Source: Tagaea sp. (GTDB lineage Bacteria; Pseudomonadota; Alphaproteobacteria; CACIAM-22H2). From it: a DNA stretch of 64,000 nucleotides. Position 1 is the stretch's first letter, and every line of letters starts with the position of its first letter. Under the pieces are notes generated by a model. The model searched no databases. It was given only the letters and a program-made list of their open reading frames with translations, and was not told the DNA's origin. The position numbers and the translations under genes are program-made. The stretch covers positions 960,001-1,024,000 of the forward strand of contig CBDIIB010000004.1 in NCBI GenBank assembly GCA_965279525.1, written 5' to 3'. Shown here one piece after another: positions 41,997 to 51,229 of the stretch.

Positions 41997-43256
41997 TCAG
42001 TGCGCCGCCCACTGGATGGATTTGATGTCGATGCCTTCCTGCGCCATCTCCCACAGCGGGCTCATCGAGCGCAGCTTGGAGACGGCCTGGATGATGCGTT
42101 CGGCCGCGTAGTCGACTTCCGCCTCGGTCGTGAAGCGCCCGAAGCCGATGCGCAGCGACGTGTGCGCGAGCTCTTCTTCCACGCCAAGCGCGCGCAGCAC
42201 GTAGCTGGGCTCGAGCGAGGCCGACGTGCACGCCGAACCCGACGAGACGCACAGGTCCTTGATGCCCATCATCAGCCCCTCGCCTTCCACATACGCGAAT
42301 GAGAGGTTGAGATTGCCGGCAAGCCGGTTCGCGAGATCGCCGTTGAGGAACACCTCCGGCAGCTTCTCGTGGATGGTCTTGAGGAACCGCTCGCGCAGCT
42401 TCATCAGGCGCGCGTTCTCCGTCGCCATCTCGGCCTTCGCGATCTCGGCCGCACGGCCCAGTCCCACGCACAGCGGCGTGGGCAGCGTGCCCGAGCGCAT
42501 GCCGCGCTCCTGCCCGCCGCCATGGATCATCGCCTGCAGGCGCACACGCGGCTTGCGGCGCACGAACAGCGCGCCGATGCCCTTGGGCCCGTAGATCTTG
42601 TGGCCGGAGATCGACATCAGGTCGATCTTCATCGCCTCGACATCGAGCGGGATCTTGCCGAAGGCCTGCGCGCAGTCGGTGTGGAAGAACGCACCCTTGG
42701 CGCGGCACAGAGCACCGATCTCGGCCAGCGGCTGGATGACGCCAATCTCGTTGTTGGCCGCCATGATCGAGACGAGCACGGTCTTCTCGGTGATCGCCTT
42801 GTCGAGTTCGGCCAGATCCACGAGCCCGTCCTGCTTCACGGGAAGGTACGTGACCTTGAAGCCTTCCTGTTCGAGATGGCGGCAGGTATCGAGCACGCAT
42901 TTGTGCTCCGTCACGAGCGTGACGATGTGGTCGCGCTGGTCCTTGTAGAAGTGCGCGACGCCCGCGATGGCGAGATTGTTGGATTCCGTCGCCCCCGACG
43001 TGAACACGATCTCGCGCTCGTCGCCACCGATCAGGTCGGCGATCTGGGCGCGCGCCTTTTCCACGCCTTCTTCGGCTTCCCAGCCGTATTCGTGGTTGCG
43101 GCTGTGCGGGTTGCCGAACTTCTCGGTGAAGTAGGGCATCATCGCCTCGAGCACGCGCGGGTCCATCGGCGTCGTCGCCTGGTAATCGAGATAGACGGGC
43201 CGGCGCGGCGCGTTCGCGCGGTCGTTGGCGGGGGACTTGGTGGTGACGGTGCTCAT
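41997..43256 (-). CDS. iscS: Cysteine desulfurase IscS
   Basis: [42 protein letters not shown]. Confidence 0.97.
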   Translation of the reverse strand: MSTVTTKSPANDRANAPRRPVYLDYQATTPMDPRVLEAMMPYFTEKFGNPHSRNHEYGWEAEEGVEKARAQIADLIGGDEREIVFTSGATESNNLAIAGVAHFYKDQRDHIVTLVTEHKCVLDTCRHLEQEGFKVTYLPVKQDGLVDLAELDKAITEKTVLVSIMAANNEIGVIQPLAEIGALCRAKGAFFHTDCAQAFGKIPLDVEAMKIDLMSISGHKIYGPKGIGALFVRRKPRVRLQAMIHGGGQERGMRSGTLPTPLCVGLGRAAEIAKAEMATENARLMKLRERFLKTIHEKLPEVFLNGDLANRLAGNLNLSFAYVEGEGLMMGIKDLCVSSGSACTSASLEPSYVLRALGVEEELAHTSLRIGFGRFTTEAEVDYAAERIIQAVSKLRSMSPLWEMAQEGIDIKSIQWAAH

Positions 43257-43285
43257 CTCTTGCTCCGAAGTGTCGTTCGTCCGGT

Positions 43286-44392
43286 TCAGGCGGCCGCCGG
43301 GACTTTCGCCCCGGCCGGTGCCAGCCGTCGCGCAAGCGCCAGCCAGGCGCGCGCGAAGGCATCGATTTCATCCCTGGTCGTCGCGGCGCCGAGCGAGACG
43401 CGGATCGCCTCGCCTGCACCGTTGCCGGCCCCCATCGCGGCGAGCGTGCGGCTCGCCTTGACCTTGCCCGACGAGCAGGCCGCCCCCGCCGAAACGGCGA
43501 AGCCGGCAAGGTCGAGCGCCATCACCTGCGTTTCGGCCGCCACACCCGGCAGGCCGATGCAGCTCGTGTTGGGCAGACGCGGCGCTTGCGAGCCATGGAT
43601 CACAGCATCGAGATAGGCCGCGCGGACGGCGTTTTCCAGCGCATCGCGCAGATCCGGTGCCGGAAGTTCGAGTGCCCGTGCCGCGGCCGCAAAGCCGGCT
43701 ATGCCGGCGACGTTCTGGGTGCCGGCGCGAAGGCCCATCTCCTGCCCCCCGCCCGCCAGCACCGGATTGACCTGCACCGTCTCGCGCACGACCAGCGCAC
43801 CCACGCCCTGCGGGCCGCCGATCTTGTGCGCCGAAAGGGCGAGCGTGTCCGCCCCCAGCGCTTCGAAATCGACCGCGACCTTGCCGAACGCCTGCACGCC
43901 GTCGCAGTGCAGGCGCACGCCGGCCGCGCGCGTCAGGCGCGCGATCTCGGCCACGGGCTGGATCGCCCCGGTCTCGTTGTTGGCGAGCATGACCGCGACA
44001 AGCGCGGGCCGCTCGGCCAGCAGCATGCGCTCGAGTGCCGCCAGATCGACCACGCCGCTCGCATCGACCGGGGCGACGCGCGCACCCGAAAGGGGCGCCC
44101 ACACGCAGTCATGCTCGATCGCCGAAACGATGCAGTCGCCGGCCGCGAAGCCGTTGAGCGCCAGCGCGTTTGCTTCGGTCCCGCCGCCGGTGAAAACGAT
44201 GCGTGCGCCGCCCGCAACCGTAGCGGCGCCAAGGGCCGCACGCGCATCCTCGACCAGCTTGCGCGACGCCCGGCCCGCGGCATGCACCGACGAGGGATTT
44301 CCCGCCACCGCGAAGGCATGCGACATCGCCGCACGGGCAGGCTCGCCCAAAGGTGCGCTCGCGTTCCAGTCGAGATAGACGGGGGCGTTCAT
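43286..44392 (-). CDS. Second group I cysteine desulfurase (IscS/NifS-like)
   Basis: [28 protein letters not shown]. Confidence 0.9.
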   Translation of the reverse strand: MNAPVYLDWNASAPLGEPARAAMSHAFAVAGNPSSVHAAGRASRKLVEDARAALGAATVAGGARIVFTGGGTEANALALNGFAAGDCIVSAIEHDCVWAPLSGARVAPVDASGVVDLAALERMLLAERPALVAVMLANNETGAIQPVAEIARLTRAAGVRLHCDGVQAFGKVAVDFEALGADTLALSAHKIGGPQGVGALVVRETVQVNPVLAGGGQEMGLRAGTQNVAGIAGFAAAARALELPAPDLRDALENAVRAAYLDAVIHGSQAPRLPNTSCIGLPGVAAETQVMALDLAGFAVSAGAACSSGKVKASRTLAAMGAGNGAGEAIRVSLGAATTRDEIDAFARAWLALARRLAPAGAKVPAAA

Positions 44393-44401
44393 CCTGTTTT
44401 C

Positions 44402-44884
44402 CTACTCGGCCGCGACCATCGGGCTTGCCGATGCTTCCGCTGCCTCGTGCCCGATCACGCCCGACGTGCCCAGCACGCGGCGCGCGCACACGTCGGCGAG
44501 CGTCACGCTGGAAAGATAGAGATGGATCTGGTTGCCCAGTTCCTCCCACAGATCGTGGGTCAGGCACCGGCTCTTGTTGATGCGGCAGCCGGTGGGCGAA
44601 CCCGGCGCGCAGCGCGTGGCGCGGATCGGCTCGTCGACCGCGACGATGATGTCGGACACGCGCGTCTGGTCGACCGCGTGGGCCAGCAGGTAGCCCCCGC
44701 CCGGCCCGCGCACCGATCGCACGAGCCCGCCGCGGCGCAGCTTGGCGAAGAGCTGCTCGAGATAGGAGAGCGAGATCTCCTGCCGTTCGGCGATGTCGGC
44801 GAGTGCCACGGGGCTGCCCTTGCTGGTGTTGGCGAGATCGACCATCGCCATCACCGCGTAGCGTCCCTTGGTGCTGAGCTTCAT
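44402..44884 (-). CDS. iscR: Rrf2 family Fe-S regulator IscR
   Basis: MKLSTKGRYAV, SLSYLEQLF, RGPGGGY, three Cys plus His (TRC...GC...RCLTH). Confidence 0.92.
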   Translation of the reverse strand: MKLSTKGRYAVMAMVDLANTSKGSPVALADIAERQEISLSYLEQLFAKLRRGGLVRSVRGPGGGYLLAHAVDQTRVSDIIVAVDEPIRATRCAPGSPTGCRINKSRCLTHDLWEELGNQIHLYLSSVTLADVCARRVLGTSGVIGHEAAEASASPMVAAE

Positions 44885-44900
44885 GACGCGTTCCTTCCGG

Positions 44901-45620
44901 TCAATTTGCGTGGCGCCGCGCGCCGACCGTCTGCAGGTCGGCCACGCGGGCATCGAGTTCGTCGCGCTGGGCGGCGACGCGCCCTTCGAGTTCGGCGATG
45001 CGCGCGCGCATCACGCCCATGTCGGATTCCATCCGGTCGATCGCGCGCGCGACCGGGTCGGTCACGTCGCCGGTGGCGCCGTAGGCGCAGAAATCGTCGT
45101 TCTTCGGCCGGCCGACGATCCGTGCCGGGATCCCCACGACGGTGGCGCCCGCGGGCACGGCTTCCAGCACGACGGCGTTCGAGCCCACGCGGGCCCCCTT
45201 GCCGACGGTGAAGGGGCCGAGGATCTTGGCACCCGCGCCCACAATCACGCCGTCGCCCAGCGTGGGGTGGCGCTTGCCGTGGTCGAGGGTCGTGCCGCCC
45301 AGCGTGACACCCTGATAGAGCGTCACGTCGTCGCCGATTTCGGCGGTCTCGCCGATGACCACGCCCATGCCGTGGTCGATGAAGAAGCGGTGGCCGATCG
45401 TGGCGCCCGGGTGGATCTCGATCCCGGTCAAGAAGCGGGCGAACACCGATATGAGGCGGCCGAGCAGCTTGAGGCCCCGGCGCCAGGCCGCGTTCGCGAT
45501 CCGGTGCAGCATTACCGCGTGGAAGCCCGGATAGCAGAGGGCGACCTCCAGCAGCGAGCGCGCAGCCGGGTCTCGCGCCAGAACGGCGTCGAGGTCGGAG
45601 CGAATTGCCTTGAAAGTCAT
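44901..45620 (-). CDS. cysE: Serine O-acetyltransferase
   Basis: [33 protein letters not shown]. Confidence 0.96.
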   Translation of the reverse strand: MTFKAIRSDLDAVLARDPAARSLLEVALCYPGFHAVMLHRIANAAWRRGLKLLGRLISVFARFLTGIEIHPGATIGHRFFIDHGMGVVIGETAEIGDDVTLYQGVTLGGTTLDHGKRHPTLGDGVIVGAGAKILGPFTVGKGARVGSNAVVLEAVPAGATVVGIPARIVGRPKNDDFCAYGATGDVTDPVARAIDRMESDMGVMRARIAELEGRVAAQRDELDARVADLQTVGARRHAN

Positions 45621-45699
45621 CTATTTAACCGCCTAATCTCCGGCCGATTGGGGCAAGGCCCGCGCAGGCCGCAAGGAAAACCCTAGCTGAGCGCTAAGG

Positions 45700-45732
45700 A
45701 ACTTAGGTTACCCGAGTGCGGGGATCAAGTAT
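45700..45732 (-). promoter_or_regulatory. Sigma70 promoter of cysE-isc operon overlapped by IscR type-1 site
   Basis: Minus strand TTGATC-N17-TAAGTT; 25-bp ATACTTGATCCCCGCACTCGGGTAA resembles IscR type-1 consensus ATASYYGACTRWWWYAGTCRRSTAT. Confidence 0.65.
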
Positions 45733-45764
45733 CTTTTTCCTGAATTTAAGCCAACACATTGGGA

Positions 45765-45789
45765 TTATCCGACTGTTATAATTGGACTA
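45765..45789. promoter_or_regulatory. Second putative IscR type-1 site
   Basis: TTATCCGACTGTTATAATTGGACTA matches most positions of the type-1 consensus. Confidence 0.55.
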
Positions 45790-45810
45790 TCGGATGGGTC
45801 CGGAGGATGC

Positions 45811-46662
45811 ATGCCTGACGTCGTGATAAATGGGGCCGAAGGTCGCCTGGAAGGCCGCTACATGCCGGGCCCCAGCGAGCGGGCGCCGATCGCACTGCTG
45901 CTCCACCCGCACCCGCAGCATGGCGGGACGATGCACAACAAGGTCGTCTACACGCTCAACCAGGCCTTCACGAAGGTCGGCTTCGCCACGCTGCGCTTCA
46001 ACTTCCGCGGCGTCGGCCGCAGCCAGGGCAGCTACGGGCGCGGCGAGGGCGAACTTCAGGATGCGGCGTCGGCACTCGACTGGCTCCAGCAGACCAACCC
46101 CAATTCCGCGAGCTGCTGGATCGCCGGCTTCTCGTTCGGCGCCTGGATCGGTATGCAGCTCCTGATGCGCAGGCCGGAGATCGACCGGTTCGTGTCGATC
46201 GCCCCGCCGGCCAACGTTTTCGACTTCACGTTCCTTGCCCCCTGCCCGTCCTCCGGCCTGATCGTCCAGGGCGACAAGGACGAGGTCGTGCCCGAAGAGT
46301 CCGTGCACAAGCTTTCCGAGAAGCTCGCCAAGCAGCGCGACATCAAGGTCGACTACCGCGTGATGAAGGGCGCCAACCACTTCTTCGCCGACAGGCTCGA
46401 CAAGCTGGAAACGATGGTCGGCGAATATGCCGGCGTGCCCGTTCCGATGGCGCCCCCGCCGCCGCCGCCGCCGCCCCAGCCCGTGATGGTCGACAAGAAG
46501 CAGCCCTCGCCGCTGCCGCCCACGCAGGTCTCGGCGCGCACGGCCGCGCGCAAGTCGCCCAAGCAGGCGGTCCCGGCGAAGGCCGTGGCGGCACCACCCA
46601 AGCCCGTCGCCAAGCCCGTGCGCAAGCAGGCGCCGACCGCGCAGAAATCCACCAAGCGCTAG
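45811..46662 (+). CDS. Alpha/beta hydrolase (COG2945-like) with Pro/Lys-rich C-terminal tail
   Basis: [32 protein letters not shown]. Confidence 0.88.
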   Translation: MPDVVINGAEGRLEGRYMPGPSERAPIALLLHPHPQHGGTMHNKVVYTLNQAFTKVGFATLRFNFRGVGRSQGSYGRGEGELQDAASALDWLQQTNPNSASCWIAGFSFGAWIGMQLLMRRPEIDRFVSIAPPANVFDFTFLAPCPSSGLIVQGDKDEVVPEESVHKLSEKLAKQRDIKVDYRVMKGANHFFADRLDKLETMVGEYAGVPVPMAPPPPPPPPQPVMVDKKQPSPLPPTQVSARTAARKSPKQAVPAKAVAAPPKPVAKPVRKQAPTAQKSTKR

Positions 46663-46717
46663 GCTTTCGCCGCGTGCGCGTTTGAGAGCGGCCGACGGCC
46701 GTGCTATGTCGCTGCCC

Positions 46718-47968
46718 ATGACAAGCGTGAAATCCGAATTCCTGCGCGAGGCCAAGGCCCGCGGCTTCATCCACCAGATCACCGACGAGGCGGCGCTCGA
46801 CGCCAAGCTCGCCTCGGGCACGCCGCAGCTTGCTTATATCGGCTTCGACGCGACGGCAGACTCGCTGCACGCGGGCAGTCTCGTGCAGATCATGCTGCTG
46901 CGCCTGTTCCAGCGCACGGGCCACCGCCCGGTCGTGCTGATGGGCGGCGGCACCACGAAGATCGGCGATCCGTCGGGCAAGGACGAAGTGCGCAAGCTCC
47001 TGTCCGACGACGACATCGCCGGCAATATCCGCGGCATCCGGCGCATCTTCGACAAGTACCTGACGTTCGGCGACGGCAAGGCCGTGTCGGTCGACAATGC
47101 CGAATGGCTCGACGGGCTGAAATACATCCCGCTGCTGCGCGAGGTCGGCCGCCATTTCTCGGTCAACCGGATGCTGACGATGGACTCGGTCAAGCTGCGC
47201 CTCGAGCGCGACCAGCCGCTGTCGTTCCTCGAATTCAACTACATGGTCCTGCAGAGCTACGATTTCGTCGAGCTCGCCAAGCGCCACGGCTGCATCGCCC
47301 AGATGGGCGGCTCGGACCAGTGGGGCAACATCGTGATGGGCGTGGATCTGGGCCGCCGGCTCGCCAACGCCGAGCTGTTCGGCGTGACCACGCCGCTGCT
47401 GGCCACCTCGTCGGGCGCCAAGATGGGCAAGACGGCCGCCGGTGCGGTGTGGCTCAACGCCGAGCGTCTCAGCCCGTACGACTATTTCCAGTACTGGCGG
47501 AACACCGAGGACGCGGACGTGGGCCGCTTCCTCAAGCTGTTCACAGACCTGCCGCTCGACGAGATCGCGAAGCTCGAGAAGCTCGCGGGCTCCGAGATCA
47601 ACGAGGCGAAGAAGATCCTCGCCTTCGAGACGACGAAGCTGTGCCACGGCGAGGCGGCGGCTACGCTCGCCGCCGACACCGCGCGCCAGACCTTCGAGCA
47701 GGGTATCTCGGGCGAAGGCCTGCCGACCTTCGAGGTTCCGGGCAGCGAGCTTGCGGGAGGCATCGCCGTGCTCGATCTGCTGGTGCGCGCCAACCTCGCC
47801 GCCTCGAAGGGCGAGGCGCGCCGTCTCGTCCAGGGCAAGGGTGCCAGGCTCAACGACATGGTCGTGGAGAGCGACACGCTGAGCGTCAACGCCGGCCATC
47901 TCGCCGCCGACGGCACGCTCAAGCTGACCGCGGGCAAGAAGCGCCACGCGCTGGTGCGCGCGGTCTAG
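46718..47968 (+). CDS. tyrS: Tyrosine--tRNA ligase
   Basis: [31 protein letters not shown]-terminal S4 domain. Confidence 0.97.
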   Translation: MTSVKSEFLREAKARGFIHQITDEAALDAKLASGTPQLAYIGFDATADSLHAGSLVQIMLLRLFQRTGHRPVVLMGGGTTKIGDPSGKDEVRKLLSDDDIAGNIRGIRRIFDKYLTFGDGKAVSVDNAEWLDGLKYIPLLREVGRHFSVNRMLTMDSVKLRLERDQPLSFLEFNYMVLQSYDFVELAKRHGCIAQMGGSDQWGNIVMGVDLGRRLANAELFGVTTPLLATSSGAKMGKTAAGAVWLNAERLSPYDYFQYWRNTEDADVGRFLKLFTDLPLDEIAKLEKLAGSEINEAKKILAFETTKLCHGEAAATLAADTARQTFEQGISGEGLPTFEVPGSELAGGIAVLDLLVRANLAASKGEARRLVQGKGARLNDMVVESDTLSVNAGHLAADGTLKLTAGKKRHALVRAV

Positions 47969-50900
47969 CTAGCGGTTGGGATCGACGGGCAGGCCCGGTT
48001 CGACGGCAGTCGGATCGCCGCCCGGCAGCGTGGCGCTGCCGCCGCCGAAAACGCCGAACAGCCGGCGCAGGAACCCGGGTGCGAGCGTCGACAGCGGATT
48101 GACGCCGATCTGCGGATCGCCAAGAGCACCACTCGCCCGGTACGTGGCCGCGAAGACGCCCCCGCCCCGCTCGCCGACCAGAAGCTGGCCGAGCAGCGGG
48201 ATGTTGCCGAGGATGGAATTGACCGCATAGGCGGGCACCAGCGTGCCGTCGATGTCGATCGTGTCTTCTTCCAGATCCAGCACGCCGCGCGCCGTGACGC
48301 CGAGGGCGGCACCGTACATGCGCCCCTCGCGGATCTCGACCTTCGGGTCGGCCCACGCGAAATCGGCATCGAAGCGCTGGAAGCCGATGCCCTCGCCGCG
48401 CAGGCTGTCGAGGATGCCGGTCAGCAGCGCCACCGACAGCAGGCGCGCGAAGCCGGGCGCGTTGACCACGCGGAATGACTCGATCGACATCTTGCCGACG
48501 ACGGCCTTGTCGGTGCGCGCCTGGTCGACCGTGCCGGCGATCTTGAATGTCCCGCCGATCACGTTGGGCGTGATCTCGAGCAGGTTGAGGAATGCGCCCG
48601 CGTCCTCGGCGACGGCTTCGAGGCGGCCCGATCCGCCTTCCTCGACGTCGAGATCGACATCGAGCCGGCCGCCGGCCGGCGTGCCGGCCGTCGGTGCCGT
48701 CGTCGCGTCGAGCTGCACGCGTTCCCACCGCTTCGGGCCGCGGCGCGCCTCGGCCTTCACGCCCGTCAGCTCGCGGTCCTCGCTCATCCTGAAGCGTTCG
48801 ATGTCGAGGCGCACGCTCAGGTTCGGGCGTGCCGGATCGGGCTTGGACTTGTCGGCAAGGAACGGCGACACGTCGAGGAAGGCGCCGCGCGCGTCGAGCA
48901 GCTGGCGGGGCCTGGCGCCCGCGGCCGGCACTTCGCGCCGCGCGCGGAACTCGGCAAGGTCGACGCGCCCGGGCAGCACCACGCGCTGGAGGCTCACGTC
49001 GCGCCAGAGCTTGCCGGCATCGTCGAACTCGATGCGGCCGCGCAGCGACATGCCATCGCCGGAGAATTCGAGAACGTCGAGCGTGCGCAGGACCTCGTTG
49101 CGCAACGCCAGCTGCAGGCGCGCGCGCGCCGCCCGGCCCGCCGGGCGGGACCAGTCGATCTCGGGTGCGGCCAGCGCCACGTCGCCCAGGTCGAGGTCGA
49201 TCGTGATGTCGCGCCGTCCGTCGCGGAAGGACCGCGTCGAAAGGTCGATGCCGGCCGGCCCGACCGCGTAGGGCGCGAAATCGAAACCGAGCGCCGCCTG
49301 CGACGCCGGCCCGGCCCTGCCGCGCGCACTTGCCCGCTCGACCGGCTCGACGCCGTCGGCGAACTCGCGCCGGTAGACGATGTCGGCATCCGATCCGGTC
49401 AGGCGCACCTGCCCGCGCACGTCGAGGCCGCGCTCGTCCACGCGCACGTCGACCGTTCCGCCCTCGATCGGCTGGCCGAGCACCGCGCGCGCCTGCGTGA
49501 AGCCGGCGACCTTGCCTTCGGCCACGACCGAGACCTGGTCGAAGCGCAGCCTGTTGAGCAGCGGAAAGCGCAGGGCGAGCCGGATGTCGGCGGCTCCGCC
49601 GAAGCTGGCGGGCGATTCGCCGATGCGCCCGAGGAAGCCCAGCGGCGGCATGTCGACGAGCGTCAGCGCGTCGACGACCGGTCCCTGCACCCGCAGATCG
49701 ATGGCGGCGTGCTGGTCCTCGAGGTCGAGGCCCGTCAGCACGATGGTGCCTTCGTCGACCTTGAGTTCGCCGATCGAGCCGCTGCGGGCCTTGATCTCCA
49801 GCTTCTTGGCGTCGAGCGTCGCCGTTCCGGCCACGCCGCGCACGGACGGCAGGCCGTCGATGTAGCGCACCGTCAGCCCTTCGACCGCGAAATCGAGACG
49901 GGCGCGGTCGAGGACGATCTTCTGCCAGTGCGCGTCGCCGACACGGAGCGCCACGTCCCCGCGCGCGGAAGTCACGCGTCCGTCGCTGAGATTGGCCTCG
50001 ATCCAGGCGCGCGTGTTGCGCGATGCGGACACCGGCCACAGGCGCTTCACGTCGGCCGTCGTGAAGCCCGAAAGATCGGCCGCGGCGGCCAGCCGCGGCT
50101 GGCCCAGAACGTCGTCGACGGCGCCGGTCAGCTTGACCGAGGGCCCGCCGAAATCGATCCGGGCTTCGTCCACGTCGATGCGCGACAGGCTGTCGGACAG
50201 GCGCGCGCGCAGCGCCACCGCGCGGATGTCGACGGGCCGCGCGAAGATTTCGGGATTGGCGATGCGCGCGTTGGCGGCGTCGAGCGTCATGTGCGTGCCC
50301 TCGACGCGGCCGTCGGCCGTCACGCGCGTCCAGAGCTGGACGTCGGCGACCGCCTCGATCCCGCGCAGTGCCGAAAGGCGTGGATCGAGCCCGGCAAGGC
50401 CGCCGATCGAGATGCCGCGCAGGCGCGCGTCGATGTCGACGGCCTCGTTCTGCGGCACGTAGAGCGCGTCGATCTCCGCGCGCACGCGCTGGTCGCCCAG
50501 CCGGATCGGCAGGACGGATTCGAGCGCCACGCCGCGATCGTCGCGCCGGAAGCGCACGCTCGCGCGCTCGGCGGCGATCCTCAAGCCCGTGACGGCGTCG
50601 TCGATCGTCACGGTCATGTCGACGAAGGCGGCCGCCGTCAGCAGGCCGAGCGGGCGCGCGATGTCCGGCGGGCCGCTCAGCTCGTTGACGACGAAGGCGG
50701 CCACGCCGGCGGAGTTCCCGGAATCGTCGCCCTCCTCCAGGCTCTCGACGATGCGGATGCTGCCGGCGGCATCGCGCGTCAGCGACACGCGCAGGCCGTC
50801 GACGCGCAGTTCCTCGGGCTGGATCTCGCCGGCCAGCAGGCGGCGCGCGACCAGCGACATCCAGGCCTGCGGGATGCGTGCGACCTCGCGCCCGTCGGAA

Positions 50901-51151
50901 GCGAAAATATGGGTATCGGTGATGCGCAGCTGGATCGAACGGCTGCGGTCCGACCAGTCGATCCAGGTCTCGCCGACGTCGATCTTCAGCCCGGCTGGAT
51001 CGGCGCCGAGTGCCGCTTCAAGGATCGGCGTGACGAACGGCACGAGAATCGGGCCCGCCGTGAGGCGCCACAGCAACAGGCCGGCGCCGATCAGCAGCAG
51101 TGCCGCGAACGAGCCCAGGATCTCGAAGAAAAGCCGGATCGGGTGGCTCAT
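47969..51151 (-). CDS. AsmA-like/YhdP (DUF3971) envelope bridge protein
   Basis: N-terminal TM anchor, long beta-rich body, C-terminal GTLVPAY...IPLLG...VNPLS.LAPGFLR AsmA_2 motif. Confidence 0.85.
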   Translation of the reverse strand: MSHPIRLFFEILGSFAALLLIGAGLLLWRLTAGPILVPFVTPILEAALGADPAGLKIDVGETWIDWSDRSRSIQLRITDTHIFASDGREVARIPQAWMSLVARRLLAGEIQPEELRVDGLRVSLTRDAAGSIRIVESLEEGDDSGNSAGVAAFVVNELSGPPDIARPLGLLTAAAFVDMTVTIDDAVTGLRIAAERASVRFRRDDRGVALESVLPIRLGDQRVRAEIDALYVPQNEAVDIDARLRGISIGGLAGLDPRLSALRGIEAVADVQLWTRVTADGRVEGTHMTLDAANARIANPEIFARPVDIRAVALRARLSDSLSRIDVDEARIDFGGPSVKLTGAVDDVLGQPRLAAAADLSGFTTADVKRLWPVSASRNTRAWIEANLSDGRVTSARGDVALRVGDAHWQKIVLDRARLDFAVEGLTVRYIDGLPSVRGVAGTATLDAKKLEIKARSGSIGELKVDEGTIVLTGLDLEDQHAAIDLRVQGPVVDALTLVDMPPLGFLGRIGESPASFGGAADIRLALRFPLLNRLRFDQVSVVAEGKVAGFTQARAVLGQPIEGGTVDVRVDERGLDVRGQVRLTGSDADIVYRREFADGVEPVERASARGRAGPASQAALGFDFAPYAVGPAGIDLSTRSFRDGRRDITIDLDLGDVALAAPEIDWSRPAGRAARARLQLALRNEVLRTLDVLEFSGDGMSLRGRIEFDDAGKLWRDVSLQRVVLPGRVDLAEFRARREVPAAGARPRQLLDARGAFLDVSPFLADKSKPDPARPNLSVRLDIERFRMSEDRELTGVKAEARRGPKRWERVQLDATTAPTAGTPAGGRLDVDLDVEEGGSGRLEAVAEDAGAFLNLLEITPNVIGGTFKIAGTVDQARTDKAVVGKMSIESFRVVNAPGFARLLSVALLTGILDSLRGEGIGFQRFDADFAWADPKVEIREGRMYGAALGVTARGVLDLEEDTIDIDGTLVPAYAVNSILGNIPLLGQLLVGERGGGVFAATYRASGALGDPQIGVNPLSTLAPGFLRRLFGVFGGGSATLPGGDPTAVEPGLPVDPNR

Positions 51152-51229
51152 CGCGCGGCTTGACCCTTCGACTTGTGCAGGGCCAACCTGTCGGACGCGT
51201 GGACGGAACGGAACGGACGGAATCGCAGC

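Noticed and set aside
51201-51222. GGACGGAACGGAACGGACGGAA microsatellite before glnE as phase-variation switch
   Set aside because: Too short and imperfect to support
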